DNA of 64,000 bases from the NCBI GenBank assembly GCA_000934665.2, contig KZ538001.1:62001-126000 (forward strand), read 5' to 3'. Positions 39,260 to 53,654 of this stretch are shown piece by piece (position 1 is the stretch's first letter; every line of letters begins with the position of its first letter). The DNA comes from Catajapyx aquilonaris. Taxonomy: Eukaryota. The notes below the pieces were generated by a model. The model had not been told where the DNA came from. It was given only the letters and a program-made list of their open reading frames with translations, and made no database searches. Made by a program: the position numbers and the translations under genes.

Positions 39260-42200
39260 AAATCTGATGGAATATGTACGATGAGGCCATATCAGTGAAT
39301 GAGAGTGGAGAGTGAGTTGTTCAGGACAGGTTAGCTGCAGGTAGAGGGGTTTTTGGGAGAACGCGTGCCAAGTGCTCGAATGACTGGGCGCAGATTTTTG
39401 GCGTTCCAGTTCGCAAAAGGGCCGCCGGCAAATAGCAAACTGAACTGTCTGCCTTGTGGCGGATTAATCAGCAAAGCGCAGCGGCCAGAATCGTCCAGTC
39501 TCCCGGCTCCATTTGGCAGCCGGCTGAAAGGGGGTTGGTTGAAGCTCGCATCCATGAAATTCTTGCCTGCAAATTGCTCTCCAAAATTGTTAGCTGGGGG
39601 AAAAGCGGGTCCAAATATTTATCCAGTGTTGTGCGTGCACCGAATCTGACAGAGGAGGAGGTAGCACGGGCCTGGAAATAATCATTTTAGTCTACTTGAC
39701 TTCTCGACTCCTTCTGCACGCGTGTCGGCTCGCCAGACAGTTTTGTACAGCTTTTTAGAACGTGGTAAGGCAGAGGTTGAAACATATATGTTCAATGTAG
39801 CTAATTACAATTAGTGATTTTTACAATTTTTCTCTCTCGAATACGCCTCAATAAAAAGGTATGTGCGCGCGCAAGTCTGCACTGCGGTCTTTTAAAGGCT
39901 GGCTTTTCTCCGGTGAAAAGCAGAGTACCGAAACTATTCACGGGACTTCTTATGTATGGCAGCTCACTGACTCGCCTTTGACGGCCACTTCAAGCCCTGG
40001 TATCAAGAGAGAGCGGAACGAGAAAAATTGTGGAAGACAATACTGCAGTACGAGTTCCGTCAAAGGGACGCCTCAGTGTACTGTTGAGATTCCAGGTCCT
40101 GTTGCTATGTAAATATTAGTGAATGATTTGGCACGTGAGACGTGGGTCACGTGTCCTTTTGTAGACCAAGGCTTTTTGTTAGTCGCCCTTGGTTTAAGTG
40201 TGGGGCTCAAAGTGTCCTTCCATAGCATCTGTCCAGAGCCAAGGATGATAATGGCAGTTGTGTATGCGCTAGGGCCGCGCAGAAATCCCATCTCGTGTCG
40301 GCCGGCACCATGAAGGGGAAAGCGCGCGGACACCGGTCTGCATAAAAATGTGGAAATTTTCTCACGGGGACTGGAAGTGGAGCTGACATGACCTCAGCCT
40401 GCGCTGGAGTGCTGGATGTCCCCGAGAAGAACACCCCCTCCTTCGGGGTTGGTCCGTCCGTTCCCAAAATGGTGCGACTTGAGAAGCGAAACCACACGGA
40501 GGAATTGGTTAGATCCGAGTGTGTAATGGGGGCGAGGCCTAATTACAAGGGTGGAAATGGGGTCTCCTTTTGTTGGGGCTGGCGGGGATGGCCTGCTGTT
40601 CCCGGCCCATTCAACCGGCAGACGACCAGAGAGAGAGCCCTCCGCCCCTCTCACTAATGCGCCCTCGGAGATTAGTTTGTTGAGCGCAGGCCCAAATCAG
40701 ACGGCCACGGCACGTCAGGAACGATGGATCCACCCGAGGGCAACGCAACTGCATATATGCCTCTCTTTGCTTCCATTTGCGCTCACGAAGCTTTGGACTC
40801 CGACTGCTAATGCCTGAAATATCATTATGAGCCAAGGTAGTGTGAGCATTAAATCGTGACAAGGCAATTCCAGTCGATTGTTGACTTTTCAGTTCACTAT
40901 CGTCGAGCTCCTGACAGGGCACGTACTGGAGGCAAACTTCTCATTAAAATTTGGTCGCCAAGATGAATAGTTTGTTGTCAGAATGGAAGTTGGGTGGATA
41001 GGAAAATGGCGGGGTGCCATCATCACCATGTTAATAATCTGGGGTGGGGGAAGAAGGTGAAAAGCAGTCAGGGTGGGAAAGCTCGACGAAGGTGAAGATC
41101 CGGGCTGAAAAGCACTGATCCCCAAACCCCGAGCATTTCTAATCGGGTTGGAACGCTGATTTTCACTTGAAAGCAAGAAGCAGGCATGCAGCCTGAGCTA
41201 GAGGAGAGAAAAGCAGAACTAGAAATACGGATGGGCCTGGAATTGACGGCTGCCTAGGACAGAGCGCTGCCTCCCCCTTTCTTCTGGAAATGGGACCATG
41301 CACTTGATGGAAATGTTCCGCTGATGCTTTGTTCACGCTGTTTGTACTCCCCTGACTTTTAGGTGGCTCCGATTTTCAAGTCGAATTGGGGGACTAAGCA
41401 GATTTGGCCTTTAATTATCTCACCCTTGCATGCCTTCCTTTAGTTACGACTGGCAGAATGGATTGGCTCGGCGTATATGTGAAATCACGTCACTCCAAAA
41501 TCCAGTCTTGAATGGCTCATTGCAGACACGCCTCGCATTGCTTAAGCAGGACGCTTGTTGGCCCAGTAGCCATTCATTCTGGCCTTGTTGAAGGAAGGAA
41601 GTTCATAGTTGATGTAAGGGTTGACCTCGCGGCAGCCTCCCGAGACAGCGGCCTTTTTGGTGAATAGGTGGGCTTGGTGCAGGAGTGGCTCGGACCTGGT
41701 GATTGCAAAATAGGATCTTCCTTCCCGTATTACAGTATACTCTCATAACAAGTTTCACTAGGTGGGGTTCCGCGATTCATGCAGGAGTTTGTGCAAGGTG
41801 TATGTGAATACAGGCCACAACTTTAGAGCCGTCAGGCACGGGGATGATTGGGTTTCCCTCCGAAAGCCTGTAGCCTAGACAAACTTCGCATCCAGCTTCT
41901 CTGGGAAGCGAGGCGCAGTACCTACTGGTATTATTTAAAATTGCGCTGTAAGTATAATAATGCACGGTACTTAAAATGAGAGCTAGGTCGTTCTTCTATT
42001 GCTTGGCTTCAGAGAGCCAGCGTTCATAAGCGAATCACAGTAGGCACGAGTTTGTTACCCTGGCACAATCCATTCAGACTGAATAATCAATATGTTGCAA
42101 TGTTTGATGCAGTTCCCCATCTGCATGAATGAACGTTTTTGTGCAGAAATAAAATTACAAAGTAACCAGGGGTATTTTTAAAAATGTGGGTACGTGTTTT

Positions 42201-43978
42201 GAGTGTTCTGAAATTATTATTTCCAAATTACATAAATTGTATCGATTCTATGAATTCAGCGAAGGTCTGTTTGGCCGAGGGATTCGGAATGCGCTGTTTG
42301 TAGTCGAAATCGGTCCTGAACGTCATGCAAATAAAAGAATAGGGCAATTACTGTATTAGGCTGAAAGTACTATGGGTATAATTTACTGTGCAGTGAACAC
42401 GATTAGTGAACAATATTATTTAACTGTCTGCTACAAAGTTCAAAAGTTTCATTCAAATTAGCCATTATTTTAATTACCTAGCTTGACACATTATCACAAT
42501 AATAATCAGCGTTGAATGCTGTACGATTTGTACGATCAGTATTGCACTGAATGAAGAATGAGTGGACGGTGTATGCAAACTAACTTGTTGATGCGGCAAT
42601 TTCCCCAGTCCATTTGCAGAAGTCACGAGTAGGCAATATTGGGAAGAATAACTGTACTACTATTGTGTGCCATTAACTTTTTTCACGGGCCGGTTACCCG
42701 TCAAAGGGAGTGCGGGAGAGCATTGTGTTCAGCCCGAAATTAAAACCCTTAACGCCTGCAGCCGCCAACTAACAAGGGTTTTTACCAGCCTCAAATCAAA
42801 TAGAGAGAAGTCAATATGTTCATACCTTCTCTGGTTTAATAATAATAACAATAATAATGATAATATTATTATTATAATCGAATGAGAGGTTAACCATACG
42901 GGAACATATTCATTAGCACACGCTCTTGTCTAAACCTCAGCAGAGAGCAACTAGTCAACACTATTTAGCCATCACTCCCCGGCCGGTTAGTTTGATTTAG
43001 CGTGACGCTAATTCGGGCAGTACCGACATGACCCGTAAAAAATTTTACCGCTTCGGATGATTACATTTGTTGTTGTCCGTGGCGCTCCCGTAATATATGC
43101 TCGTCTGAAATTGCGAAATGTGTACGAAGTCCAAACAGGAGTAGCGACATCAGCACACACATTTACACACATTCGCCATCTCTCACCCAACGCGCCCGCG
43201 CGCACACAGACACACATGTTAGTGGGGTCCACCACAAAATCCCGCAACTGCACATAGCCGCCATTCCGCAGAAGGGAATTATTAGGACACATGTTCTCGC
43301 GGGACAAGAAAATGAATGGTGATAATAATGTAGGCCAGCTGGCAATGGATGGAAATGTTGCAGGGGCGATCACCAGGACGGGGGGGCTCATTTAGACACG
43401 GCCGGGATACAGCTGCATGCATGTTTGAGTGAAAGGTAACCCAACAGTGCATGGGGCCAAGTAGTAATGAGGCCGCCAGCCAAGCTGGGCTGCTGACATG
43501 GAGCAGCTGGGGGGATGCTGTGGCCTATAATAATAATCATCATCATCATTGGCCGGGCTGACTTTTTTGTGCTGGGGCCTCCCCGATCATTTTAATCGAG
43601 GCGGAGGACCAAGTTGGGTCGGAAGTTGCATTTCCCCGGTTACATGCTCGCAATCAAGTCGCGTGGGAGTGTTGATACTCCGGTTCAATAACCTGGCAGG
43701 AAATTACTATGTGGGAGCACACAATTCCCCTGGTTTCTAGTAGCATCAGATGTGACAAACGAGGTTTTTACCTACTCGGAAGCATGTCGGAAGGATGCCC
43801 ATTAGATCTGTTTCGAGACATTATATTTGTGCCCGTGTCACGTTTCTATCTTTACGCCCGTGTAATTTGATTAGGAGTCAAGTGCTTTTCCCTATTATGG
43901 CGACGGTGCTGTACAGATTCTGCGGCTATATGGCAAAAACCTAGGAAGTGAAACTGGTTTTATTTTGCTTATATGTGA

Positions 43979-44337
43979 TTTTTATTAATATTTTTATTTA
44001 GTTTACCCCGTGATGACCCTTACGGGTGATATAGGGAGGTGGCATACCACCATCAGTTTTCTGTATATATTTTCAGCTTCATTCTCCGGTGCAAGGAAAC
44101 AGGGACAATGGGAAAGGATAGGGATTTTTGGGGAGGGAACATGGGTACAAGGTGCAATGTCGTAGCTATGGGTCATGTGCTGTTCCCCAGGAGGTTAGGT
44201 TGCCAGACACTTTGGTGCAGGTCAGAGACCCTCCTGACGCAGGTGAAAGGAAAGTTCCCCAAGCGGGGATCGAACCTGGGGCCTTTCACTCAGCAAGCCG
44301 AGACGTTACCATCTCGGCCATCTACACCTCCCCCATA
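43979..44337 (-). mobile_element. tRNA-derived SINE (second family)
   Basis: Minus strand: A box TGGCCGAGATGG, B box GGTTCGATCCC, unrelated body, 3' hairpin ACCC-GTAA-GGGT, then an A-rich tail. 9-bp TSD TATATGTGA (43970-78 / 44338-46). Confidence 0.85.
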
Positions 44338-47300
44338 TATATGTGAATAGGGAACTACAGCATGTCTCAATGCAATGGTTTTGATTTGAAGCCCCTGCGA
44401 TGTAGGCAACACGTTGCACAATAGAGGCTTTTGGGTTGCGTGTGTTTCAGGATGAGGCCAGGCTCGGGTTAGATGGTGGTTTCGCATCCTTGCCTTGTCA
44501 ACCTGAACATAACCACCAGCATAAATCCGAAAATCCTCGAGGGTAATTAGTGCAGGTTGACTTGGAAATGGGCACTTGGGTCCCACCCCTCCTTCCCCCT
44601 AAAGAACGCAATGCCTGCGGAATAATGAAGCGGGCCGATTCTGTACAATGGCACCCGTGCCAGATGGCTGCTTCCACGGAGACCCAGCCGGAAAACAAAG
44701 AAGAAGGGGAATGAGCCGCACCTATTGAATGCCCCCTCTCGACTTGCCACCAGAATGTTATCATGGGGAATAAGACACTTCACTTACCCCGCTTTCTCCA
44801 TGCCCCAGAGGAGATGTTCGCGGCGCTTCTTATCTGTGATCAGGACAGTGACTCTCAGCTTCCCTTTTCAAACTTGTTACGATTGTTTTATGGTGGCTAT
44901 TCATAGGCAGCAACAGTTATTTGCATTCCGGGCCGGAGATGGCACTTCATTGGGAAGGGCAATGGGGTCGAGTTGGGAGAGAAATTGTGCTCAAATTTCA
45001 GGCGTTTACACCATTGTTGTGCCAACTTTGTATTCAGGATCGCGATTAATGCCAGCATTTTTATGGAATGAAAGAGTGCTGGGTACTGTACCTTACATGT
45101 AATGCTTTATAGTCCGACGTTTTACATGCCAAGTGTCTCTGAGATAACGGACGTTGGCGCACTCGTATGGCTAGTGAGTTCCGCTATTAATAGAACATCC
45201 CCCAAGAGGTAGACTTTTGTCATAATCCGACACTGGAGACAGGAGGTAATTAGTCCCGCTGTTTGCTCCTGGGCAGCTTGGAGTCGCTTCTCTTCCCCCA
45301 GTTGTCACCAGCTTGTAAGTTAGACGGACTAGATCTCTCACGCTAGCTTGGTCCAAAATAATCATCGCATTTTTTCCATCTCACCGGCTCAACGTAGCTT
45401 TTTGCTATAACCAGCATGCAAATTACGGAGATTTATGCCAAAAGTAATGACACGAGGTTACCTCGTCAAGCTTGGAGGAGCTTCATCCTGGATGTAGGCT
45501 GTGCCTAGGAGCAAAGGGTCAGTGTCATATGTTTTGACCGAGTCCTTGGAAAACTGTCTATCCGGCACATTTCGAGTGTTTTCGGTTGGTTACACACAAC
45601 TGGAACCCTCGGGCAGGTCGCTGGGATGAGAGTTTGTGACATGCTGCTTCGCTGAAAGCTGGAGGCTTCTCCCGAGCCTAATCGATGTCAACCCTTCCTT
45701 TTCAAATGCTGTCAAGGGTCAACTGGTGAATGCAGCCAGTATTGCACTGTGGTGGTCTACTCGCAATATTACACGGCCAAACACTGGCCGGATTCTGCCT
45801 AGGGCATATTTAATCTCCCCTTCTTTGGAACCGGTTTCCAGGTTAGGGAAAGAGGGGAGTTGACAGTTTCACAACCGACTCTTCCTATACGCACACGGCT
45901 ACAAACTTACCAGTAATGTAAATATAGGTTTGAAATTCTGCCTCGTGTGAGAAAAGGGTATGCGCCATGATCTGGACTAACAATGGCAAGGCAGCACTCA
46001 TGTGTCAGGGAAGATTGAATTTTTGTTCACATTGCCACAGAACATTTCCTCTTCTCGCTGAATCGAACACCCTGAAAGACGAGACATGAGAAATTCGGTT
46101 GTGTCATTGTTGCAGTGGGTTACTAGACCCCAGAAGCGACAGTTTACAAATACGAGGTAGACACTGTACTTGCAAGAGAGTGCAGCTCTTTGCCCGTGTG
46201 ACATAAAACATGGAAAAGACCTTTTCGAATCAAAAATCTTTCCCTTTGCCATATCAGCTTTTGGCACCGTGTATAAGTAATCCTTTGTGAAAGACCACAG
46301 TGCTGGCATAGTAGAAGCTTAGGTCAGGAAAAAATACCTGTGAACCAACTTTCAAGTTAATGAGACCCACCTTTAAGTGGCAAAGAAGTAATTTTTTTTT
46401 CTCTCGTTCTTTTTCACCTTTCCTTTTGGATGGATATGGTTTGAGTCTTTTTGTAACGTGCGGGTCACTTTCTTGATTCTCCAGATTACTTTTTCCTAGA
46501 AGTGCGTTTTTTGTTCCGTTTCTCTCCTTTCTCCTTTTTTCCCCGCTCCTTTGGGAGGCTGGGGATAGGAGCAAGGTGCTCGGAAAGAATAAATTACACC
46601 ACTTTAGTAGAAGGCTTGGGAGCCACATTTTAGCTGCCTTGTGCCACTTTGGTGGAGACGATTATTTGCTTCTGTCTTGTCCCAAGTCCTTTGCCCCCTG
46701 CGGCATACGGGTGAAAAAGACTTGTGAAATGAGACGACGGTGTAACATCTTAAAGATTGAGTTGTAACAAAAAGTCTTTTAAACCTCCATCTATTACAAG
46801 TACGGCTGAAGCTTTATGCAAAAAAAGTGTTCATTGCATGACGTCACATTTAGATTGATATGTTTAAAACTAACCTGGACTGTCAAGTTGTCTGGATGCC
46901 GATGGTTTTGTAATGTTCTTCTGACAGCCCTGCGATTGTGACCGTCTCAGGGACTAAAGAAAGTAGAAGTGGTTTGACAAACCCCTTATTCCCATGCTTT
47001 TCAGCCGTCAAATATTCTATGTATGATGGCTCTCACACACGTGAACACAAAGGACGTGGGCACGGTAAAAAGAGAAAGGGGTGGAGAAAGCAAAATCTAG
47101 AAAGGACACGGCCTTCTAGCCTCCTCCACTGGGACTAGGAAGGCCTATGATCTTCGGAGACTGGCTGTCGGCAGCAAGAAAAGCGCCAAGTGCTTTCAGA
47201 CAGCTTCAGTACAGTCGAAGCAACCGGTCAAAGAGCAGGAAATGGGATATCTTCCTAACTGCCATACGTCACTGTAGTTTCCTAGTAAATCAGCTCGGAG

Positions 47301-48508
47301 TGCAAAAGGGTTGAGGGGGGGAAGGGGGGTGGCAGGGAGACCCGGGAAGTCTATAGTTTGGGACCACTCGTAGTGCCTTGTACTGTACTATCCAAAGGAG
47401 AATAAGGACCATTTTTTATTCTCCGCCATATTATTTTGGTAATGAAGGCAAATTGCTTTTCCGAAGCCGCTGGTATATATGGGAGACGGCCAAGGCAACG
47501 CCCCAGTTGAAGGTACACCAAATGGAAGTAGTCCTAATGGGAAAAGTTGGCACATCTGTTGCAGATATTCACGAGGAAATTTTCTGCGAGAGAAGAAAAC
47601 GGACTGCTTAAATACGCAATATTGTCAGTTGGAATAGGCATGGCCAGTCCGTCTTTTCTTTACGATTGCCGCAATTTGTTTTGGCTAACTGCGACACACA
47701 CATTAAGGATTAGTTTTGGAACACAACTTAAGAGTAGATGGCGGTGTCACACGAGTTCATTCCTTTGGACACCCTCTGACTGAGAGCGGGCCAATACTAG
47801 CGATTTGCTTGTATTGTGCAGTAGTTGGATAGCCATCCTTGGGCCAGAAATGTTGGGGGCAGGAGCCCTTTAGCAAGGCGGGGTCGGGCCCTTTGGCAAA
47901 CTCGCTAGTTTGCGTGTCTGGCATAGGAAATAGCACCTGTGCCCCGGCTGCGTTTGGCGGCTTGTTTGCAATGTCTGTTTGAGCAGCGCCGCCGGCGCCC
48001 ATGCCGGTACCCGGATAGGCTACTGTACTATGTATACACGGGGCCCCACTTCTTCCTTGGGAGACCCCTAGGACCAAGCGGTTCGTGCCTGAGGTCAGAC
48101 CAGGATCCCAACACACTATTACTTCTCACTTTCATCCATTGCATTTTGCTGGATCATTCTGTGCCTGAAAGTAAGATGCCAACATTATCTCACATAGTGT
48201 TGAAAAAATACACGAAATTGAATTGTATATGCAGGAATTATTTCACTTGAAAATGTTCAGAAAATGTTACGAGCGAAGACCTTTAACTTCTTTGCATTCA
48301 CAAAGAAAAGCACATGTTGCTCGCTCTCTTTGCAGAGAGCGAAATGACGTCATCTGACCCTTGTTTGTGTCTCTTTATGTTTTTGTGGAAGCCAGAAAGG
48401 GATTCTGGTAAACGTGCATCTCTCAGTCTCCCTGCCCGATGCCCCCAGGCGAAGTAAAAAATTCATCTGCCATCCAGTTGAGAGAGGCAGCTCGAGTTGG
48501 CTTTCAGC

Positions 48509-48570
48509 GGGGGAGAGAGAGAAAGAGGGGGAGAGAGAGGGGGAGAGAGAGGGGGAGGAAGAGAGGGGAG
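48509..48570. repeat. Polypurine GA-rich repeat
   Basis: Repeated gggggagagaga units, purine-only stretch. Confidence 0.85.
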
Positions 48571-48859
48571 CTGTTTTGAATTTAATATCATTTTCAGAAC
48601 AAGACGTTATTTTGTTATATTTTTGTTCTCGTAAAACACAGCATTGCATGTTTCTTCGACAAGCAGGAATCAGTACTTACGTAGTTTTATAAAGCAAAAC
48701 TAGGCTCTTTATTTTATTTTCATTTTCATAATGTCTTGTTACCAGGAACCCTATTGTTTGCTTGATTTCTTGGTTCAGTAGTTGAGTAATAAATGAGGTG
48801 TTAAGTGTGGATTCAGTGACTTTTCTACAGATGGTTATCAAGCCAGGCGATTTCTCGTA

Positions 48860-49021
48860 CAGTGCTGGCCATATATCGAGGCAACCGCCAGCGACATTTT
48901 TCCGAAGCGGCAGAAGAAGGAATCTAAGATAAGCATGCTACAAGCCGGGCGAGCAAGATTCCTTCTTCTGCCGCTTCGGAAAAATGTCGCTGGCGGTTGC
49001 CTCGATATATGTCCAGCGCTG
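48860..49021. mobile_element. Tc1-like MITE, 162 bp hairpin
   Basis: TA TSD (48858-59, 49022-23); 66-bp arms (48860-48925 / 48956-49021) with 2 mismatches, inner 56 bp perfect, 30-nt loop. Terminus CAGTGCTGGCCA matches the start of the Tc1-type TIR. Confidence 0.88.
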
Positions 49022-49327
49022 TACTCAGTAAAATGTGACTCTGGTCGTTCTGTATTTCTTGTCTTCATATTATGTTAGTAAACGTAATCATATAGCCTCT
49101 GACATCATGCTGGTATCATATTTTGGGTCATTCAGTGGAAAATGCGGCTTTCAGCGAGGAGAAAATGATGCCACTGTTGGTGATGTTGACTATGGTGAAT
49201 TGACAGGAAAGACAATGTGCGTTGTTACGTTTTTACATCAACCTGGCAACAGCGGAGAAACAAGGTGGCCATCCGCCACTGTTATGAAGGAAAAGCGTGT
49301 CCTTTTTGTATAGTTATTTATTCAATT

Positions 49328-49386
49328 CTTGCGTCTCCTTCATCGATGACTACCTCTTATAGGGAAATGTGATCATGATCATGATG
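49328..49386 (+). mobile_element. Second copy of the same retroelement 3' end, (GATCAT)-type tail
   Basis: cttgcgtctccttcatcgatgactacctcttatagggaaatgt vs cttgcgtctcccttcatcgctgactacccctcatagggaaatgt at 58295; no TSD found. Confidence 0.7.
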
Positions 49387-50340
49387 TTTTAATATATTAT
49401 AGCCCTACTTTCCCATGCATTTTGCGTTAATTATTTTTGTCCTGAAGCGATTATTACCAGAAATGTTTTGGATAGTGTGAATAATTGTCGGCGTTATGAT
49501 CATATTTACTTTCACATTCCGAAAAGCTCTCCCGCAAAATGGTCGGGGTGAAGTATCACTTGTAATTCTGTACCATAATAGAACCGCATGTGTTGCAAAA
49601 ACCATCTGCGCTAATATATTTATGGCCTGCGTCGACGATACATTCTTGTGCGTTTAGGACCGCTAGGAATTCATCGCTTGCTATATTTTAAAAAAATGGA
49701 GAGCCTCTTCACTTGCCTCTTCACCCCAACAGCACTTGTACGCATCAGCAATGTAATATAATCAAAGTAAAAATGTCAGGAATGTATGCACTGAAAACGC
49801 ACCGCGTATTTGTGACGCGTATTCGACTCGGTTAAACAGTATAGTATGCAGCCGTCTACTTGGAATAAAAGAGGGCGAAGCTGAAAACGCAAAACTCAAC
49901 TTGATCGATGAAACTCACGTGCCCGGAGGACTGCACATCATTCTAGTAGTGTATCTTCTTCAACTTACCTCCAAGGTTTTATATGTACTCTTCCCTCCTC
50001 TCCACCCCCCACGGCATCCCTTTTTTTGGTATGGGCGAGAAGAGGCAGGCGGGTGGATCCGGGACTCTGGGGCATGTCCAGTTAATGGAGATTCAGGGAC
50101 TGAGGCCTCCAGAGGCGAAGCGGACACCCGGAGCTGCGTAGTCTCTTTGGGCATGTCGGGTCCAAGAGCAGTGCCAGGCGCCATTCGATTGCCACCTAGA
50201 TAAACCCCATGACACTCTACCTCGCGATAAATTTTGTAGCCAGCCAGGGATTCAGTGTGGGGTAGATATGTATCGACCGCGACACTACTTGAGTCATGTG
50301 TGGACCGATATATTTCAAATGAATATTTTTCTATTTACAG

Positions 50341-50475
50341 TGGAAGGGCAGCAGCAGTATTTCCGGCTGGGACCTCTGGATATTGACGTCAAAGTGGGCG
50401 ACACTGCGCTCCTCAAATGCGAAGTCAACAATCAGGCTGGCGAGGTGCAGTGGACAAAGGATGGATTCGCCCTTG
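50341..50475 (+). CDS. Internal coding exon (135 nt, phase 1/1), N-terminal half of Ig domain 1 of a nephrin / Sticks-and-stones / Hibris family cell-adhesion protein
   Basis: Acceptor tttttctatttacag ends at 50340; donor G|GTAAGT starts at 50476. Translation (x)EGQQQYFRLGPLDIDVKVGDTALLKCEVNNQAGEVQWTKDGFAL(G) has the Ig B-strand Cys and C-strand Trp. QWTKDGFALG is the motif I recall from arthropod Sns/Hbs (Kirre/Rst have QWTKDDFGLG). The paralogue cannot be assigned from one exon. Confidence 0.92.
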
Positions 50476-53400
50476 GTAAGTGTTTCCCGATGGCTTTTTA
50501 TTTGCACACAACTGTTGGCAACAATTATGAAGCAATGCAGGTATGGCGTGTGGAAATATTTATGGCATTAGATCCTATTAGTTGGCGATGCAACGTTACC
50601 GCACTGATTACCACTTGTGCTCTTGGCATGCCCGAGAGAATTAGCAACCACCAATCAAAAGTTTGAATCGATTCCACTCGTGAATTATGCCTTCGAGTAT
50701 GTTAGGCTTCAAAAATATTGTTTGATGTGTTTGTTGGTGCCACATTGGTGGTATGGTCCTCCACGGATGTATGTGGCAGTGTTTTGAAAAATAACTTAGT
50801 GCCTGCGTAACACGCAAACATTTTACCGCAAAATCACACCTTAGGGGACGTAAAAGGACGATGATTTTTCTGGGTCAAAGCAGCTTTACGCCTTCCGCAA
50901 ATTGGAAAAGTTTGAAACCGCTGTCTATCCAGGGTTGCAAGAATGGTTATGCGTCTGTTATTTGGCTGTGAGAAAAAGAGGAGTTGGATTGGATTTAGAC
51001 CCGGTGCATTCCAAAGACACCAGAAACCCCACTGGAGCAGTGGAAGGAGACAAAAAAGGCGCCACTTGCTTTCCTTTACTCATGGGGGAAGAAACGGAAC
51101 GCGCTTGACTGGATTACATTTATCGAATCTGGCGCAAATGGGATACGCCCTATTGTCTTTAGGTTAGGTTCTGTTTCGGCTCGCCTTGGGATGGAACAAG
51201 TCGCACCAAAACATTTGGGTTTAATTGCCAGCCTTTTGAGGGTAAGCAGTTGGTGACCACCTTTCCAGGCTTGTGAAGCCATGAATGCAGTGCAACAAGC
51301 AGATAGCCAGCCCGTTGCTGCCAGTCTAAGAGCATTAGCAAGTTGTTAAGGAGAATATAACCGAGACTAATTTGGCATGATTTGAGAGAGTCGTGCAGAG
51401 ACGCCTGCACATTAATGTCCCCCTTCCTTCCATCCTTCCTTCGCCTTGTCCCCTCAGTTGGTGTGCCCCTTTGCACTGTAGGTGGCTGCCGGGAGAGCCA
51501 AGGTGAAACGCACAATTTGCTCTGCAGCACAGTACTTACCCTTCCATGCCTTTCCCCAGTCCCTGGTCTGGCTAATGGTCCTCTTCTCCCCCCTTTCTCT
51601 CCCTCCCTCCCTCCCTCTAATGCCCCAGACCAGCTTTGCATCTGCTCCTCCCACCTGCCTTGCAACTCGCCGCAACCTTGCTGCTCCCCTAATTAATCGC
51701 TCAGACTGGCCGACCTTCCTTCGGCTCGACACCACAGGCTTGCTTGCAAATTCAGTTTCGCGCCCGCTGCCCATCAAGCACCGGTTCTATCTCTGTCGCT
51801 TTACAAGATTTGCCCCCACCTTTTTGTTGGATCCTTCGGGTGGTGTCAGGTTGCAAAGTATTCCCTGACCCTTCTGGATTAACCGCGCTCTTTTAGTAGG
51901 TAGTTGACTACTTTGGGTGCAAAAATAGCCAACATCTGCGACTAATATTGAGGCTGAATCCGGCTGTACTCGGAGATTAATTCCGTTACCAAGAAATGTG
52001 TGGGGCATGCTTACATCTGACTTGGTCCTGTAATTTCGCTTCTGAGCATCCTTGGCCCAATGTTTTAAGAAGATCCAAAGGGAATAATTCAGGATTACTT
52101 ACCTTGTCTAACTTGAGCCAGACATATTAGTTACGATTTCGTTTCGCCTTGCTACTGCCACCTGGGGGTGTACACTCCGCTTCAGCTCAGAGCCACGACG
52201 GAAAGGGGTTTGTCAGTATATCTCGGACAACAGGATTCATGCAAAGCAGGCCGTACCATCGGGGCCAGGAAAAGAAGGCTAGGCCCTGAGTTAGTTAGTT
52301 TAGTGCTCCAGGAGAAAGTGGGGACAATCCAGGCGAGGGAAGTGATTTGATTAGATTAGGGCAGCCGGAGCGTCGTTTGGGGCGGCTGTTTAGCTGTAGC
52401 CGCGCCGCTCTTCTGCTTCTCCGGGGAACTTGACTCTGGATTAGAGAGCCCAGCTGGGTTAATAGGTTGTTATGAGCTCGGGGCTTGGTACCGGACGGCA
52501 CAGACGTGACCTCAGAGCTAGAAAAATGCCACATGCTGATCAGACGGATCTTGCGGATGTTGGTGTTTTAAAAAGTGCACAAGTCCGCATTGGCGCAGAG
52601 AGGAGAGGCTCTTGGGATCGGGCTAGTCGACGCGATAAATTTGCCCCCGCCTCTTCTCCTCCACCTCCCGAGGGTAAAGGGGGTAGGAGAGTCTTGCTTC
52701 ACTTGCTTGCTGGTTGCCTGGGCCATAATTTTCGCGCTTTTCCCAAGTCGCGGAACCTCCTTTAATCAAATTACTCCCAGCGTCCCAGGCGTGCCGACGA
52801 GGCAAGTAGTTTTGGGCGCCGTCCGGTCTCGGGATGCAAATTTTGGAAAGAGGTGCGAAACCGAGTGAAGGAGTTGGGAGTGTTGTCTGGTCAGGTGAGA
52901 GGCAGGTATGCTATATCCGGGAAAAGAAAAGTTTGCAGATGTGTTGAATTTTAGAGTGGAGAGCGGGTTTTGCGTGGGGGAGGAAAATGGGCTCACACAA
53001 ACTCGGTTCGCGGTTTGTTGTTCAAGCCTTGTCTTCTAAACATGGGGTGCGTCAGGAACAGGTGACATGGGCTGCAAAATTCTGCTCTCTCCCAAAAACC
53101 TTTTTTCATTTCAAGAGAAATCCGAATTTGGTTTCAATTGTATATGGACAGCCCGGAATGGTAATGGACTGTGAGTCTGGTAGGGCGAAATCCGGGGAAT
53201 GTTTGTTTGCTATTGGTGCTGGGAGGGAGGTCGTGGAGGAACATGGCTGGCATATTTTTTTTGTCTCTAGGATTTTATTATATTTTGTGTTTGCTTATTT
53301 TTCTCACAATCTCCTGCCGTCACGAGACACAGTGAAGGTTTGTAGAAAATTGTCATCAGTATTCCGGACGAAAAGCGACGTTGCTGCCTCTGAGGGAATG

Positions 53401-53654
53401 GGGCTTAATGAAATGATGGCAGCGGACTCGTGTTGTCGCTCCCTCCCCATGCTTCCCCATGGCGTCACACATTCCATATGCAGTTATTTTGTTTTGGCTC
53501 GCAGGAGTGTGCAGAGTGTAATCTCGCCAGGTTGAACGTACTAACGTGTAGAGTTTTTATAAGTGAAATGTTTTTGTTATTATAGTGTGTAATTTTTATT
53601 AAGTAGCCAGCTGTGGGGCAAAGTGAAAAAATACTATTTAAAATGCGAATAATA

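Noticed and set aside
50268..50666. 132-aa ORF as a complete gene
   Set aside because: Only 50341-50475 is Ig-like and bounded by splice sites; the rest is intron read-through.
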